Source of the DNA: a virus
DNA length: 64,000 nucleotides
IMG/VR virus record: IMGVR_UViG_3300045988_052724
Location: 96,001 to 160,000 of that record
Direction: 5' to 3' (one strand)
Under the pieces are notes generated by a model. That model made no database searches. It saw nothing but the letters and a program-made list of their open reading frames with translations, and was not told the origin of the DNA. How positions within the stretch are numbered: position 1 is the stretch's first letter; the number at the start of each line of letters is the position of its first letter. The translations under genes were made by a program, and so were the position numbers. This document shows positions 57,076 to 63,711 of this stretch, one piece after another.

Positions 57076-59299
57076 TGTAGTTAAACAAGACAATACTAGA
57101 GTATCTAAACCAATCATCCCAGAAATTATTAAGGCAACCCCAAGACAGTATCAATTTGTTGACCTAGGGGGAGGGCCTTCTACTGATACAAGAACAGCTG
57201 CTGAAAGGAATAGAGACTATTGGCATCCCATTAAAGGAGCTAAAGAAAGGTTTAAATCTTCTATGAAGAATGAGACTAACCCACTAGTAGGTATAGAAAG
57301 AACTATAATGCCTGCTATGGCTGGTGCAACATTAGTAACAACTCCAGCTACAGTAGGAGGTTTATTAGGAAGTGAAGCTGTTAATAATGCTACTGGTGGA
57401 TTTGGTCAATGGTTGGAAGGTAAGGTTGGAATACCAGCTGAAGTTGGAGAATATCTAAACCCTGGTGCAGTATATGGAGGAGGCAAAGGTCTTAATGTTA
57501 CTAAGAACAAATTAGTTTCTAAGTTTATTAAAGGGGATGCTGACTTAGGTTGGAATGCTCTTAATAGAAATCATTGGATATTTAATAGAGAGGCTCGTAC
57601 ACCTACTAATATTGCTATGGCTACTGCTAATAGAGCAATGCCATTCTTATCTAATGTAGAGAAGACTCCAGCAAGAATTGCAGCTTATAAAGTAGGTAGA
57701 AGAACCAAAGGTAATGCTTCTGTATCTTTAAAGGATATAAAGAATAATGAGTCTACATACACAGGTTCAGCAACACCAGAAGGTAATAATGGTGATAGGG
57801 ACTTATTAGGAATGTATCTATTTCAGAATGACCCATTAATAAGTAAGAGTCCTTGGTTTCAGAAGGTAGCTAAATCATTTAAACCTGCTAAAGGAAAAGG
57901 GTTCAGTCATGGAGATAGATATAATCAACTATATCCTGGTATTGAGAATAGAAGATACCAAATGCAATCTGTAGTTAAAGATTCAAGACCTTTAAGGTTT
58001 AGAAATATAGAAGAGTTTAATGAATACTCTAATGGTATAGGTAAATTACAAGGTAAAGAAGGTGATATGGTTATAGAGATGCCAGATGGATTTCAAACCT
58101 TTAGACAGCCTGGAACTAATTATGTAGGACCTATAGATGATGTAGGAGGTCATGTTATAAAGATTGATTACAACAATAAGGGAAAGCTAACCCAAATATC
58201 TCAAGATATGTGGAAGTTTAATCCAGCTGACTATGCTAAGAGATGGTCTGGCAAGAGTGTAGCAGAGGGAGTTAGGGCTACTAAACAAGCTGCACTTATG
58301 GATAAGGTGGGAACTCCATTTATATTACAGCAAGAGAATCCTATCTATATAGGTGGAAGAAGAGTATGGGATAGCATTAAGAGTATTCCTAAGAATCCAT
58401 ATATAAGAAGACAACCTATGATGCAAGGTGCATTATTAACTATGAAGAAAGGTGGTAGTCTAGTATCTGATGGTAGAAGATTCAAGTTTAAAGATTCTAC
58501 ACTAGTAAAGAACTCTAAGACTCTTAACAATAAGAGAGATATGAGGAAGAAATTCATGAAATCTGACAGACCTACATATAGTAACAATAGAGTTAGGAAG
58601 GGACAAGAAGGATTACGATTTACTAGGTATGATGTTATAGAAAGACCTACTCTTAATATGGATAATACATTTGAAGAATACAGATTCCCAGTTGATAATA
58701 CTCCAACTTATACTATTAAGAGAGAGGAAACTCCAGTAGATGTACAGCAACCCATTATTAAAGAAGAAGAAACACCTATTATGAAGAGAGAGTTATTCAA
58801 CATCAAACCATCTAAAGGATTAGATGAGTTTAATAAGTGGTACGATGAGGTAGAACAAGAAGACCCAGAAGCTAAGAACTATAGACAATTCCTTACTAAG
58901 ATGGCTGAACAGGAATCAGGATTTAATAGTGCAATACAAAATAGAGCTGGCGCTCCTGCCTATGGCTACTTCCAATTCATGCAAGATGGTAAAAAATATA
59001 ATAATATTTCTGCTTATGCTGGAACAGATGTAGATACATTTAGGAATAATCCTAAACTACAGATTAAAGCCGCTATTAAATTAGCTAAGCAATTTGAAAG
59101 AGGGTTTAATAAACAAGATTTAGAGCTAGCTGCACAAAAAGGATATACTAAATTTGGATTGTTAGGTGGGGCATGGTTGGCTGGTAATGGTGGAGTTAGA
59201 AAATATCTACAAGGATTGGCTAACCCATCTGATAAACATTGGAGTAAATCTGGAAGTGGAACGGATGTAGCTAGTAGAATACAGATGTTTAATTTCTAA
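57044..59299 (+). CDS. Large protein with a C-terminal lytic transglycosylase (SLT) domain (about 751 aa from the ATG at 57044)
   Basis: C-terminus: …MAEQESGFNSAIQNRAGAPAYGYFQFMQ…, with the catalytic E-S and a GxxQ motif. The track start at 56999 lies deep inside the HNH ORF, so 57044 is preferred. Confidence 0.7.
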   Translation: MEIINKLQKGNVVKQDNTRVSKPIIPEIIKATPRQYQFVDLGGGPSTDTRTAAERNRDYWHPIKGAKERFKSSMKNETNPLVGIERTIMPAMAGATLVTTPATVGGLLGSEAVNNATGGFGQWLEGKVGIPAEVGEYLNPGAVYGGGKGLNVTKNKLVSKFIKGDADLGWNALNRNHWIFNREARTPTNIAMATANRAMPFLSNVEKTPARIAAYKVGRRTKGNASVSLKDIKNNESTYTGSATPEGNNGDRDLLGMYLFQNDPLISKSPWFQKVAKSFKPAKGKGFSHGDRYNQLYPGIENRRYQMQSVVKDSRPLRFRNIEEFNEYSNGIGKLQGKEGDMVIEMPDGFQTFRQPGTNYVGPIDDVGGHVIKIDYNNKGKLTQISQDMWKFNPADYAKRWSGKSVAEGVRATKQAALMDKVGTPFILQQENPIYIGGRRVWDSIKSIPKNPYIRRQPMMQGALLTMKKGGSLVSDGRRFKFKDSTLVKNSKTLNNKRDMRKKFMKSDRPTYSNNRVRKGQEGLRFTRYDVIERPTLNMDNTFEEYRFPVDNTPTYTIKREETPVDVQQPIIKEEETPIMKRELFNIKPSKGLDEFNKWYDEVEQEDPEAKNYRQFLTKMAEQESGFNSAIQNRAGAPAYGYFQFMQDGKKYNNISAYAGTDVDTFRNNPKLQIKAAIKLAKQFERGFNKQDLELAAQKGYTKFGLLGGAWLAGNGGVRKYLQGLANPSDKHWSKSGSGTDVASRIQMFNF

Positions 59300-59303
59300 G
59301 AAC

Positions 59304-59561
59304 ATGAAATTTATAACCTTTATAAAGGGGATGGTTACTTCACATTCTGGTATTAGTAGTAAGAGAGTGTGTGGAGTATTAGGATGGATAGTTGCTATAA
59401 TAGTGTTACTATATTGTACTATTCATGTTATCCAAGCCCCATTAATGATAGATACATTCTTAGTATGCTGTATGGCATTACTTGGTATAGATTCAATAAC
59501 TGGTATCTGGAAGAAATTTGATAAACATGATAGACCAAATAAAGAAATTCCTGAAGGGTGA
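59304..59561 (+). CDS. Small two-TM membrane protein, holin candidate (85 aa)
   Basis: Two hydrophobic helices (VLGWIVAIIVLLYCTI; FLVCCMALLGIDSI) and a charged C-terminus. It follows the SLT gene. Confidence 0.45.
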   Translation: MKFITFIKGMVTSHSGISSKRVCGVLGWIVAIIVLLYCTIHVIQAPLMIDTFLVCCMALLGIDSITGIWKKFDKHDRPNKEIPEG

Positions 59562-59760
59562 TAAAATATTACATATGATATGCTGCTTTGCTATTGTAGT
59601 AATATTTGGATTAATCTTAAATATAGTTAGTGGAATTGCTCTAGCTCTAATAGCTTCATTTGGTAAAGAAACTTATGATGAAGTAAAATACAAAGGTTGG
59701 AGCTGGGATGATTTGCTAGCAGATTTATTAGGAATAGTTTTAGGAATCTTAGTACTATGA
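59518..59760 (+). CDS. Small membrane protein (80 aa)
   Basis: Hydrophobic helices flank GKETYDEVKYKGWSWDDLLADLLG. Confidence 0.5.
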   Translation: MINMIDQIKKFLKGDKILHMICCFAIVVIFGLILNIVSGIALALIASFGKETYDEVKYKGWSWDDLLADLLGIVLGILVL

Positions 59761-59948
59761 ATTATAATCAAGCTACACTTCACGCTGCTACTGGTAAGAT
59801 ATTAATGCTTCCAGGTTGGCACGGATACTTTTATTGGAACTATAGTACTAAGGAACTAAACTTTAGAGATGGCGATTATCATTTAGATGGGAAGCAATTA
59901 CGAGATATGAACATTAGAGATAGGAATGATTGGTATTATATTACCTAA
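59757..59948 (+). CDS. DUF2829-like small protein candidate (63 aa)
   Basis: The pattern is N-terminal …A…A.GK….PGW.G…, then …DG…, then C-terminal DWYYI. This resembles the DUF2829 profile as I recall it. Confidence 0.35.
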   Translation: MNYNQATLHAATGKILMLPGWHGYFYWNYSTKELNFRDGDYHLDGKQLRDMNIRDRNDWYYIT

Positions 59949-59978
59949 GTTTTATTAACAATTAAACACAACACAATT

Positions 59979-60179
59979 ATGAGACATTTTATGATGGACG
60001 TTTGGATTTGGACAGAGGATAAGCACTCTAAGCCATTAAAGACAATTAGATTTGAGCAAGACCATTTTCCTACTGAGAAGGAATGTTGGCATTGGTTTAC
60101 TAAAGATGAAGATGTAGAAGTATATATGAAAAGTGGTATTTGTGTAAAATTCAATAATATACATGAGTATCAGAAATAA
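59979..60179 (+). CDS. Hypothetical small protein (66 aa)
   Basis: Track ORF, last gene of the plus block, followed by a terminator. The antisense ORF 59945-60154 was rejected. Confidence 0.5.
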   Translation: MRHFMMDVWIWTEDKHSKPLKTIRFEQDHFPTEKECWHWFTKDEDVEVYMKSGICVKFNNIHEYQK

Positions 60180-60184
60180 ACAAA

Positions 60185-60229
60185 AAGGCGGCTCTAGCTT
60201 AATTGCTAAAGTCGCCTTTAAATTTTTAC
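60185..60229. terminator. Bidirectional terminator between convergent blocks
   Basis: The stem is AAGGCG (60185-60190) / CGCCTT (60213-60218), with an inner TAGC/GCTA pairing. An A-run lies upstream and TTTAAATTTTT downstream. Confidence 0.6.
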
Positions 60230-60231
60230 TA

Positions 60232-60582
60232 CTATTGTGGATTGCATCTTCCTACAAATACAAGAATTGGATAGCCATCTTCATCTAATTCTTCATCATA
60301 CATCTTATTAGATGTCAAGTTAGAGTAGCATACTTCTAGCTCTACTGCTGGGTATTTAAGATAGTCCCAGCCTGGATGTACATAAGCTCTTTCTTGTATA
60401 GCTCTACACTTTAGATTATATAGTGCAGGAGGCATTGGATTAGCATAATTAAGAACAGCTAAATTAAATAATGCTGCACCCTTCTCACCAGTTATAAATG
60501 TGAAGTCATTATCTTCTTTAATAGCATTTAGCTTATTAATAGTATCCTTAAAGGTTTCCCAGGTTAGGTTATTGTAACTCAT
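60232..60582 (-). CDS. Hypothetical protein (116 aa)
   Basis: Track ORF. Confidence 0.55.
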   Translation of the reverse strand: MSYNNLTWETFKDTINKLNAIKEDNDFTFITGEKGAALFNLAVLNYANPMPPALYNLKCRAIQERAYVHPGWDYLKYPAVELEVCYSNLTSNKMYDEELDEDGYPILVFVGRCNPQ

Positions 60583-60847
60583 TGAAATTTATTTTAAAAC
60601 TCTTAGATGTATAACTTAATGAACTATTATCAACATGAGATGGAAAGTCTACATCCTTAGTCTTTACATATAATTGACAGTGGCACATACCCTCTTCCAT
60701 TTCTCTAAACTCTTTACACATACATACTGTATCATCGTCCCTTACTAAGGAGCAAGGGCAGTATCTTTTACCATACTTCTCCTTGTTCCTTTGTAAGCCT
60801 GCTAATACAGCTTCCTTCACTTCTTTATCATCGGTTACTCTTACCAT
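60569..60847 (-). CDS. Ferredoxin-thioredoxin-reductase catalytic-chain-like Cys-cluster protein (92 aa)
   Basis: YCPCSLVRDDDTVCMCKEFREMEEGMCHCQLY gives a CPC…CxC…CHC arrangement like the FTR beta chain. Confidence 0.5.
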   Translation of the reverse strand: MVRVTDDKEVKEAVLAGLQRNKEKYGKRYCPCSLVRDDDTVCMCKEFREMEEGMCHCQLYVKTKDVDFPSHVDNSSLSYTSKSFKINFNELQ

Positions 60848-60872
60848 ATATTTATACTTATATTTCTAATGC

Positions 60873-61046
60873 TCATCTTCTCCCTGTCTTTATTAGTCTG
60901 ACCATCTCTTCATGGGCTTTTGCTATATTCATAAGTAATAACTCCTCTGCAATCTGAGGATTAGTTGGAACCACATGAGAGATTTTTACAGTATACTTCC
61001 CCTCTTTAAGGAGTATATAGCACACTCCACCATTATAATATATCAT
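60873..61046 (-). CDS. Unlisted small ORF (57 aa)
   Basis: My translation is MIYYNGGVCYILLKEGKYTVKISHVVPTNPQIAEELLLMNIAKAHEEMVRLIKTGRR. Its ATG overlaps the upstream TGA (ATGA). It fills an otherwise empty gap. Confidence 0.5.
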   Translation of the reverse strand: MIYYNGGVCYILLKEGKYTVKISHVVPTNPQIAEELLLMNIAKAHEEMVRLIKTGRR

Positions 61047-61318
61047 AGTATATTAGACCACTTCTTATTTGGAGCAATGTCTTGAATGCAGCCTGGAATA
61101 CGTTTAGTTTCATATTCTGTGATAGTCTTAGCACCTAGAATGTTGCCAGCTTGTAGTATCTTTTCCCTTAGCTCTTTAATATATTTATCTCTAATAGTAA
61201 TCATCCCGCATAAAGATGATATTGCTCTTTGTACAACATTAGCATCTTCATCGGATAGGTGTGATAATATTTCATCAACAGCCTCTACATCATATAATTC
61301 AATTTCATCAATAGTCAT
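61043..61318 (-). CDS. Hypothetical protein (91 aa)
   Basis: Track ORF. Confidence 0.55.
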   Translation of the reverse strand: MTIDEIELYDVEAVDEILSHLSDEDANVVQRAISSLCGMITIRDKYIKELREKILQAGNILGAKTITEYETKRIPGCIQDIAPNKKWSNIL

Positions 61319-61461
61319 TATTTCTTTAGTTTATTTTCTAGCTCAAGAATCTTAGCCTTTAATTCGGAGTTCTCCTTAGCTAGTGCTATATTATCATTCT
61401 TAACCTGTTCTGCTTTCTTCATAAACTCTTCTACACCCTGCTCAAACAGAGTTAGATTCAT
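61318..61461 (-). CDS. Unlisted small coiled-coil ORF (47 aa)
   Basis: My translation is MNLTLFEQGVEEFMKKAEQVKNDNIALAKENSELKAKILELENKLKK. Its stop overlaps the next ATG (TAATG). Confidence 0.5.
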   Translation of the reverse strand: MNLTLFEQGVEEFMKKAEQVKNDNIALAKENSELKAKILELENKLKK

Positions 61462-61462
61462 T

Positions 61463-61852
61463 TTAATTTGTCTGATTTCTGGAATCATTGTTAAACTTAT
61501 CCTCTAGTTCATTAATAATTCTGTGAAGACTTGGAATCTTACTTGTAATAATACTATCCAAGTAATCTTTAATATCATCCAGAGTCATTGCATCAAATTC
61601 ATCTTTAGATAAATTACGTGATTCAATTGTCTCTATAAATACATCAATAGCATCTTTAATAGCTTGTTTGTCTCTTAGTAGCTGTTCATGTGTTAGATGA
61701 ACATTAGTAATCTTAGAGAACAATGCTGGGTGTCTAGTAAATATCTCTTCTAATTCCTCATCACTAATTAGTTGCAGTAATTCTACTGCCTTATTATAGA
61801 GTACTTGTGCCTCTATAACATCGTACTTATCAAGTATAGATTTTAATTGCAT
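61463..61852 (-). CDS. Hypothetical helical protein (129 aa)
   Basis: Track ORF. Confidence 0.55.
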   Translation of the reverse strand: MQLKSILDKYDVIEAQVLYNKAVELLQLISDEELEEIFTRHPALFSKITNVHLTHEQLLRDKQAIKDAIDVFIETIESRNLSKDEFDAMTLDDIKDYLDSIITSKIPSLHRIINELEDKFNNDSRNQTN

Positions 61853-62055
61853 AGATTTCTGTAAATATTAGATAGTGTTAGACAATGCTCAATATTAGCA
61901 CCATTCTCTAGTCCTGATATGATTTTATCTAATACTGTCAGTTTAGCTACCATAGCCTTACCCCATACAATAGAATCCTCTTTAGGTTCGCAAGAACCAC
62001 ACTGACATTTACAACCTTCTTCTGTTGTTACAATTTCTTTTACTTCTTTAGCCAT
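61843..62055 (-). CDS. Small Cys-cluster protein (70 aa), first gene of the minus-strand small-gene operon
   Basis: Track ORF with the motif CKCQCGSCEP. Confidence 0.5.
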   Translation of the reverse strand: MAKEVKEIVTTEEGCKCQCGSCEPKEDSIVWGKAMVAKLTVLDKIISGLENGANIEHCLTLSNIYRNLCN

Positions 62056-62191
62056 AATTCAAAATTTTATAATTAATACGTTATTTCTTCCTTATTGTTT
62101 GGTAATACAAAGATAATACATTCTAAATAGATTACCTAATGAGTTATACTTAAATATACTTAATATAGGCGAACTCAATTACTAGGTACTC

Positions 62192-62210
62192 CAAAAATAC
62201 GCCCCTCCCC
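62192..62210 (+). repeat. Direct repeat copy 1 (CAAAAATACGCCCCTCCCC)
   Basis: It shares CAAAA.ACGCCCC.TC with 62354-62370. It forms a GC-rich island in AT-rich intergenic DNA. Confidence 0.5.
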
Positions 62211-62263
62211 ATTGAGGTGACCAGTCAATAAATATTTGAGTTTTATTGGTAGATAATTGTTAG

Positions 62264-62287
62264 ATTTGCAATTCGCGAATTGCAAAT
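62264..62287. repeat. Perfect 24-bp palindrome ATTTGCAATTCG/CGAATTGCAAAT (candidate operator or origin element)
   Basis: I read it directly, and both halves are exact reverse complements. It is located in the divergent intergenic region. Confidence 0.85.
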
Positions 62288-62353
62288 TCTTTAGTCTGAG
62301 TTTGTCATGGGATATGTGAGTAGGAGCTATGTTGTGAGAGGGAGGGTAGTGTA

Positions 62354-62370
62354 CTACAAAACGCCCCCTC
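62354..62370 (+). repeat. Direct repeat copy 2 (CTACAAAACGCCCCCTC)
   Basis: See copy 1. The two copies flank the palindrome. Confidence 0.5.
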
Positions 62371-62414
62371 TGGGTTGCTCAAGAAAAATTGAATTAAAAT
62401 TGAAGTTGCCGATG

Positions 62415-62499
62415 CACTATTACTAATATATTTCATCAGTCTTTGCTTGAATTGTTGAACTTAAAACCTTGCGGTGTAGAGGCTAACCGCAATACAGTC
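62415..62499 (+). promoter_or_regulatory. Leader/promoter cassette copy 1 (CACTATTACT… TTGAATTGTTGAACTT … hairpin GCGGT-N10-ACCGC)
   Basis: It is one of three ~85-nt units with the same order of blocks and the same distance (82-85 nt) to an ATG. Confidence 0.6.
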
Positions 62500-62580
62500 A
62501 TGCAAACTACATACGTTTTATTCAATGGCGTTTTGGTTACTTTACAAGAGTACAAAGAAATGATTGCAGAGCAACAATAG
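62500..62580 (+). CDS. Micro-ORF (26 aa) MQTTYVLFNGVLVTLQEYKEMIAEQQ
   Basis: It is a paralogue of 62713-62790, and several of the differences between them are synonymous. It has its own leader cassette and a downstream hairpin. Confidence 0.55.
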   Translation: MQTTYVLFNGVLVTLQEYKEMIAEQQ

Positions 62581-62595
62581 TGCTCTGCTTTCAAA

Positions 62596-62628
62596 AGGAG
62601 ATTGTCTCCCTTTAATTCTTTTCTTTTA
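62596..62628 (+). terminator. Hairpin plus T-rich tract after micro-ORF 1
   Basis: GGAGA-TTG-TCTCC is followed by CTTTAATTCTTTTCTTTT. A second hairpin, GCAGAGCA/TGCTCTGC (62566-62588), spans the stop codon. Confidence 0.45.
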
Positions 62629-62630
62629 TA

Positions 62631-62712
62631 TACTATTACTTGTTATATATCTTCATTATGGTTTTGATTATTAACTTAGGCTTTGCGGTTGTGTGTAACC
62701 GTTATCAGAATT
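62631..62712 (+). promoter_or_regulatory. Leader/promoter cassette copy 2 (TACTATTACT… TTGATTATTAACTT … hairpin CGGTT-N6-AACCG)
   Basis: See copy 1. Confidence 0.6.
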
Positions 62713-62790
62713 ATGAATACGACATACGTTCTTTATTGTGGTGCATTGATTACTTTAGCTGAATACAAAGCAATCATCGCTGAACAGTAG
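62713..62790 (+). CDS. Micro-ORF (25 aa) MNTTYVLYCGALITLAEYKAIIAEQ
   Basis: Paralogue of 62500-62580. Confidence 0.55.
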   Translation: MNTTYVLYCGALITLAEYKAIIAEQ

Positions 62791-62797
62791 CATTAAT

Positions 62798-62825
62798 GGG
62801 AGTGGCGACACTCCCTTATTTTTTC
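62798..62825 (+). terminator. Intrinsic terminator
   Basis: GGGAGTG-GCGA-CACTCCC followed by TTATTTTTT. Confidence 0.7.
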
Positions 62826-62845
62826 TAATCATTAATACTTATCTT

Positions 62846-63019
62846 ATGAATACGTTAACAGACAAGGAACTTAATGACTTACTATCATTAATGGTTATGG
62901 TTGGGCAACAACCATCTATTAAAGCTTATGACCTTCTTGACCCATATTATGGAAAGGTCTCTCAGGAGGTGTGGGAACATGCTAACACTCTCATTCAGTT
63001 AAGACTAAGACAGGGTTAA
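62846..63019 (+). CDS. Unlisted small ORF (57 aa)
   Basis: My translation is MNTLTDKELNDLLSLMVMVGQQPSIKAYDLLDPYYGKVSQEVWEHANTLIQLRLRQG. It is followed by a terminator. Confidence 0.5.
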   Translation: MNTLTDKELNDLLSLMVMVGQQPSIKAYDLLDPYYGKVSQEVWEHANTLIQLRLRQG

Positions 63020-63036
63020 TCCCTGTTTTAGTTTTT
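63011..63036 (+). terminator. Intrinsic terminator overlapping the stop codon
   Basis: CAGGG-TTAAT-CCCTG followed by TTTTAGTTTTT. Confidence 0.6.
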
Positions 63037-63044
63037 GAATAATA

Positions 63045-63128
63045 TACTATTACTTAATTAATATCTTCAGAATATCCTTGAATTATTAACTTTCCCTTTT
63101 ACGGTGTGGGTAAAACCGTTAGAAGCAT
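63045..63128 (+). promoter_or_regulatory. Leader/promoter cassette copy 3 (TACTATTACT… TTGAATTATTAACTT … hairpin ACGGT-N9-ACCGT)
   Basis: See copy 1. The closing pair of the hairpin covaries: G-C in copy 1 and A-T here. Confidence 0.6.
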
Positions 63129-63650
63129 ATGGATACATTATTCAGCTTTGCAATCGAGTACAACAAGGCATTCTGTGCCAAGTTAGGTGTTGAGATTAAG
63201 ACTGGCTTAGATGCCTTCGAGTCTAACGACACAGTTGTGCGGCGTTCCTTAGAGGACGCAATGTTTCACGTTGGTGACATCGTGGAAATACCTGCAAAGG
63301 ATAGTGACCAATGGGTTTCGTGTCCCGTAGCTAAAGGAGGCAATGCAGTGGTTCGTCCAGTCTGCAAGGTCACTGCATCAGACGGGACAGTTACAGCACG
63401 CGAGCTGTTTTACGGTACACTCACCAAATCGGTGCAGAATCGTGAGACGAAGCAGACTGTAGCTGTTACTGGCACGATTGTCGACGAACTTCGTAACTGC
63501 ATCATGCAGAAGGAAGGTTGGTTGAAATTGTGCGGCAAGAAGCTCAAGGTGACCAATGCAGTCGAGGTGCCAATCATCCGAAGAGGGTGGAATGGGCAGC
63601 CAGACAGAGCTACCACAACCACAGTCTACAGCATAGACGTGGTTGAGTAA
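63129..63650 (+). CDS. Hypothetical protein (173 aa) encoded by a GC-rich island
   Basis: Track ORF whose composition is clearly GC-richer than everything around it. It is the only place in the window where long antisense ORFs (98 and 70 aa) arise. Confidence 0.65.
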   Translation: MDTLFSFAIEYNKAFCAKLGVEIKTGLDAFESNDTVVRRSLEDAMFHVGDIVEIPAKDSDQWVSCPVAKGGNAVVRPVCKVTASDGTVTARELFYGTLTKSVQNRETKQTVAVTGTIVDELRNCIMQKEGWLKLCGKKLKVTNAVEVPIIRRGWNGQPDRATTTTVYSIDVVE

Positions 63651-63656
63651 CACAGA

Positions 63657-63689
63657 GGAGAGTGGTGACAGCACTCTCCTTTCTTCTTA
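63657..63689 (+). terminator. Intrinsic terminator
   Basis: GGAGAGTG-GTGACAG-CACTCTCC followed by TTTCTTCTT. Confidence 0.65.
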
Positions 63690-63711
63690 AAACAATTAAA
63701 TACATTATATT

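Noticed and set aside
1668-61355. Many short track ORFs that lie antisense to or nested inside long genes. Examples are 1668-1853, 3245-3469, 3683-4109, 4236-4475, 6516-6740, 6917-7189, 8597-9421, 11427-11660, 12443-14836, 15093-15341, 16601-16828, 17150-17365, 21953-22616, 24969-25208, 26659-28614, 30227-32977, 35567-35806, 37796-38412, 38947-39156, 45837-46019, 46268-46504, 48169-48351, 49796-49981, 50947-51165, 51765-51973, 52770-52997, 54169-54354, 56032-56253, 58345-58587, 59945-60154 and 61086-61355.
   Set aside because: Each is fully overlapped by a much longer ORF that has operon context and recognisable protein features. Their sequences are low-complexity, hydrophobic antisense readings.
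63378-63674. Antisense ORFs of 98 and 70 aa inside 63129-63650
   Set aside because: They arise only because the sense ORF is GC-rich and so has few stop codons in the antisense frames. The sense ORF has the leader cassette and terminator in the correct orientation.
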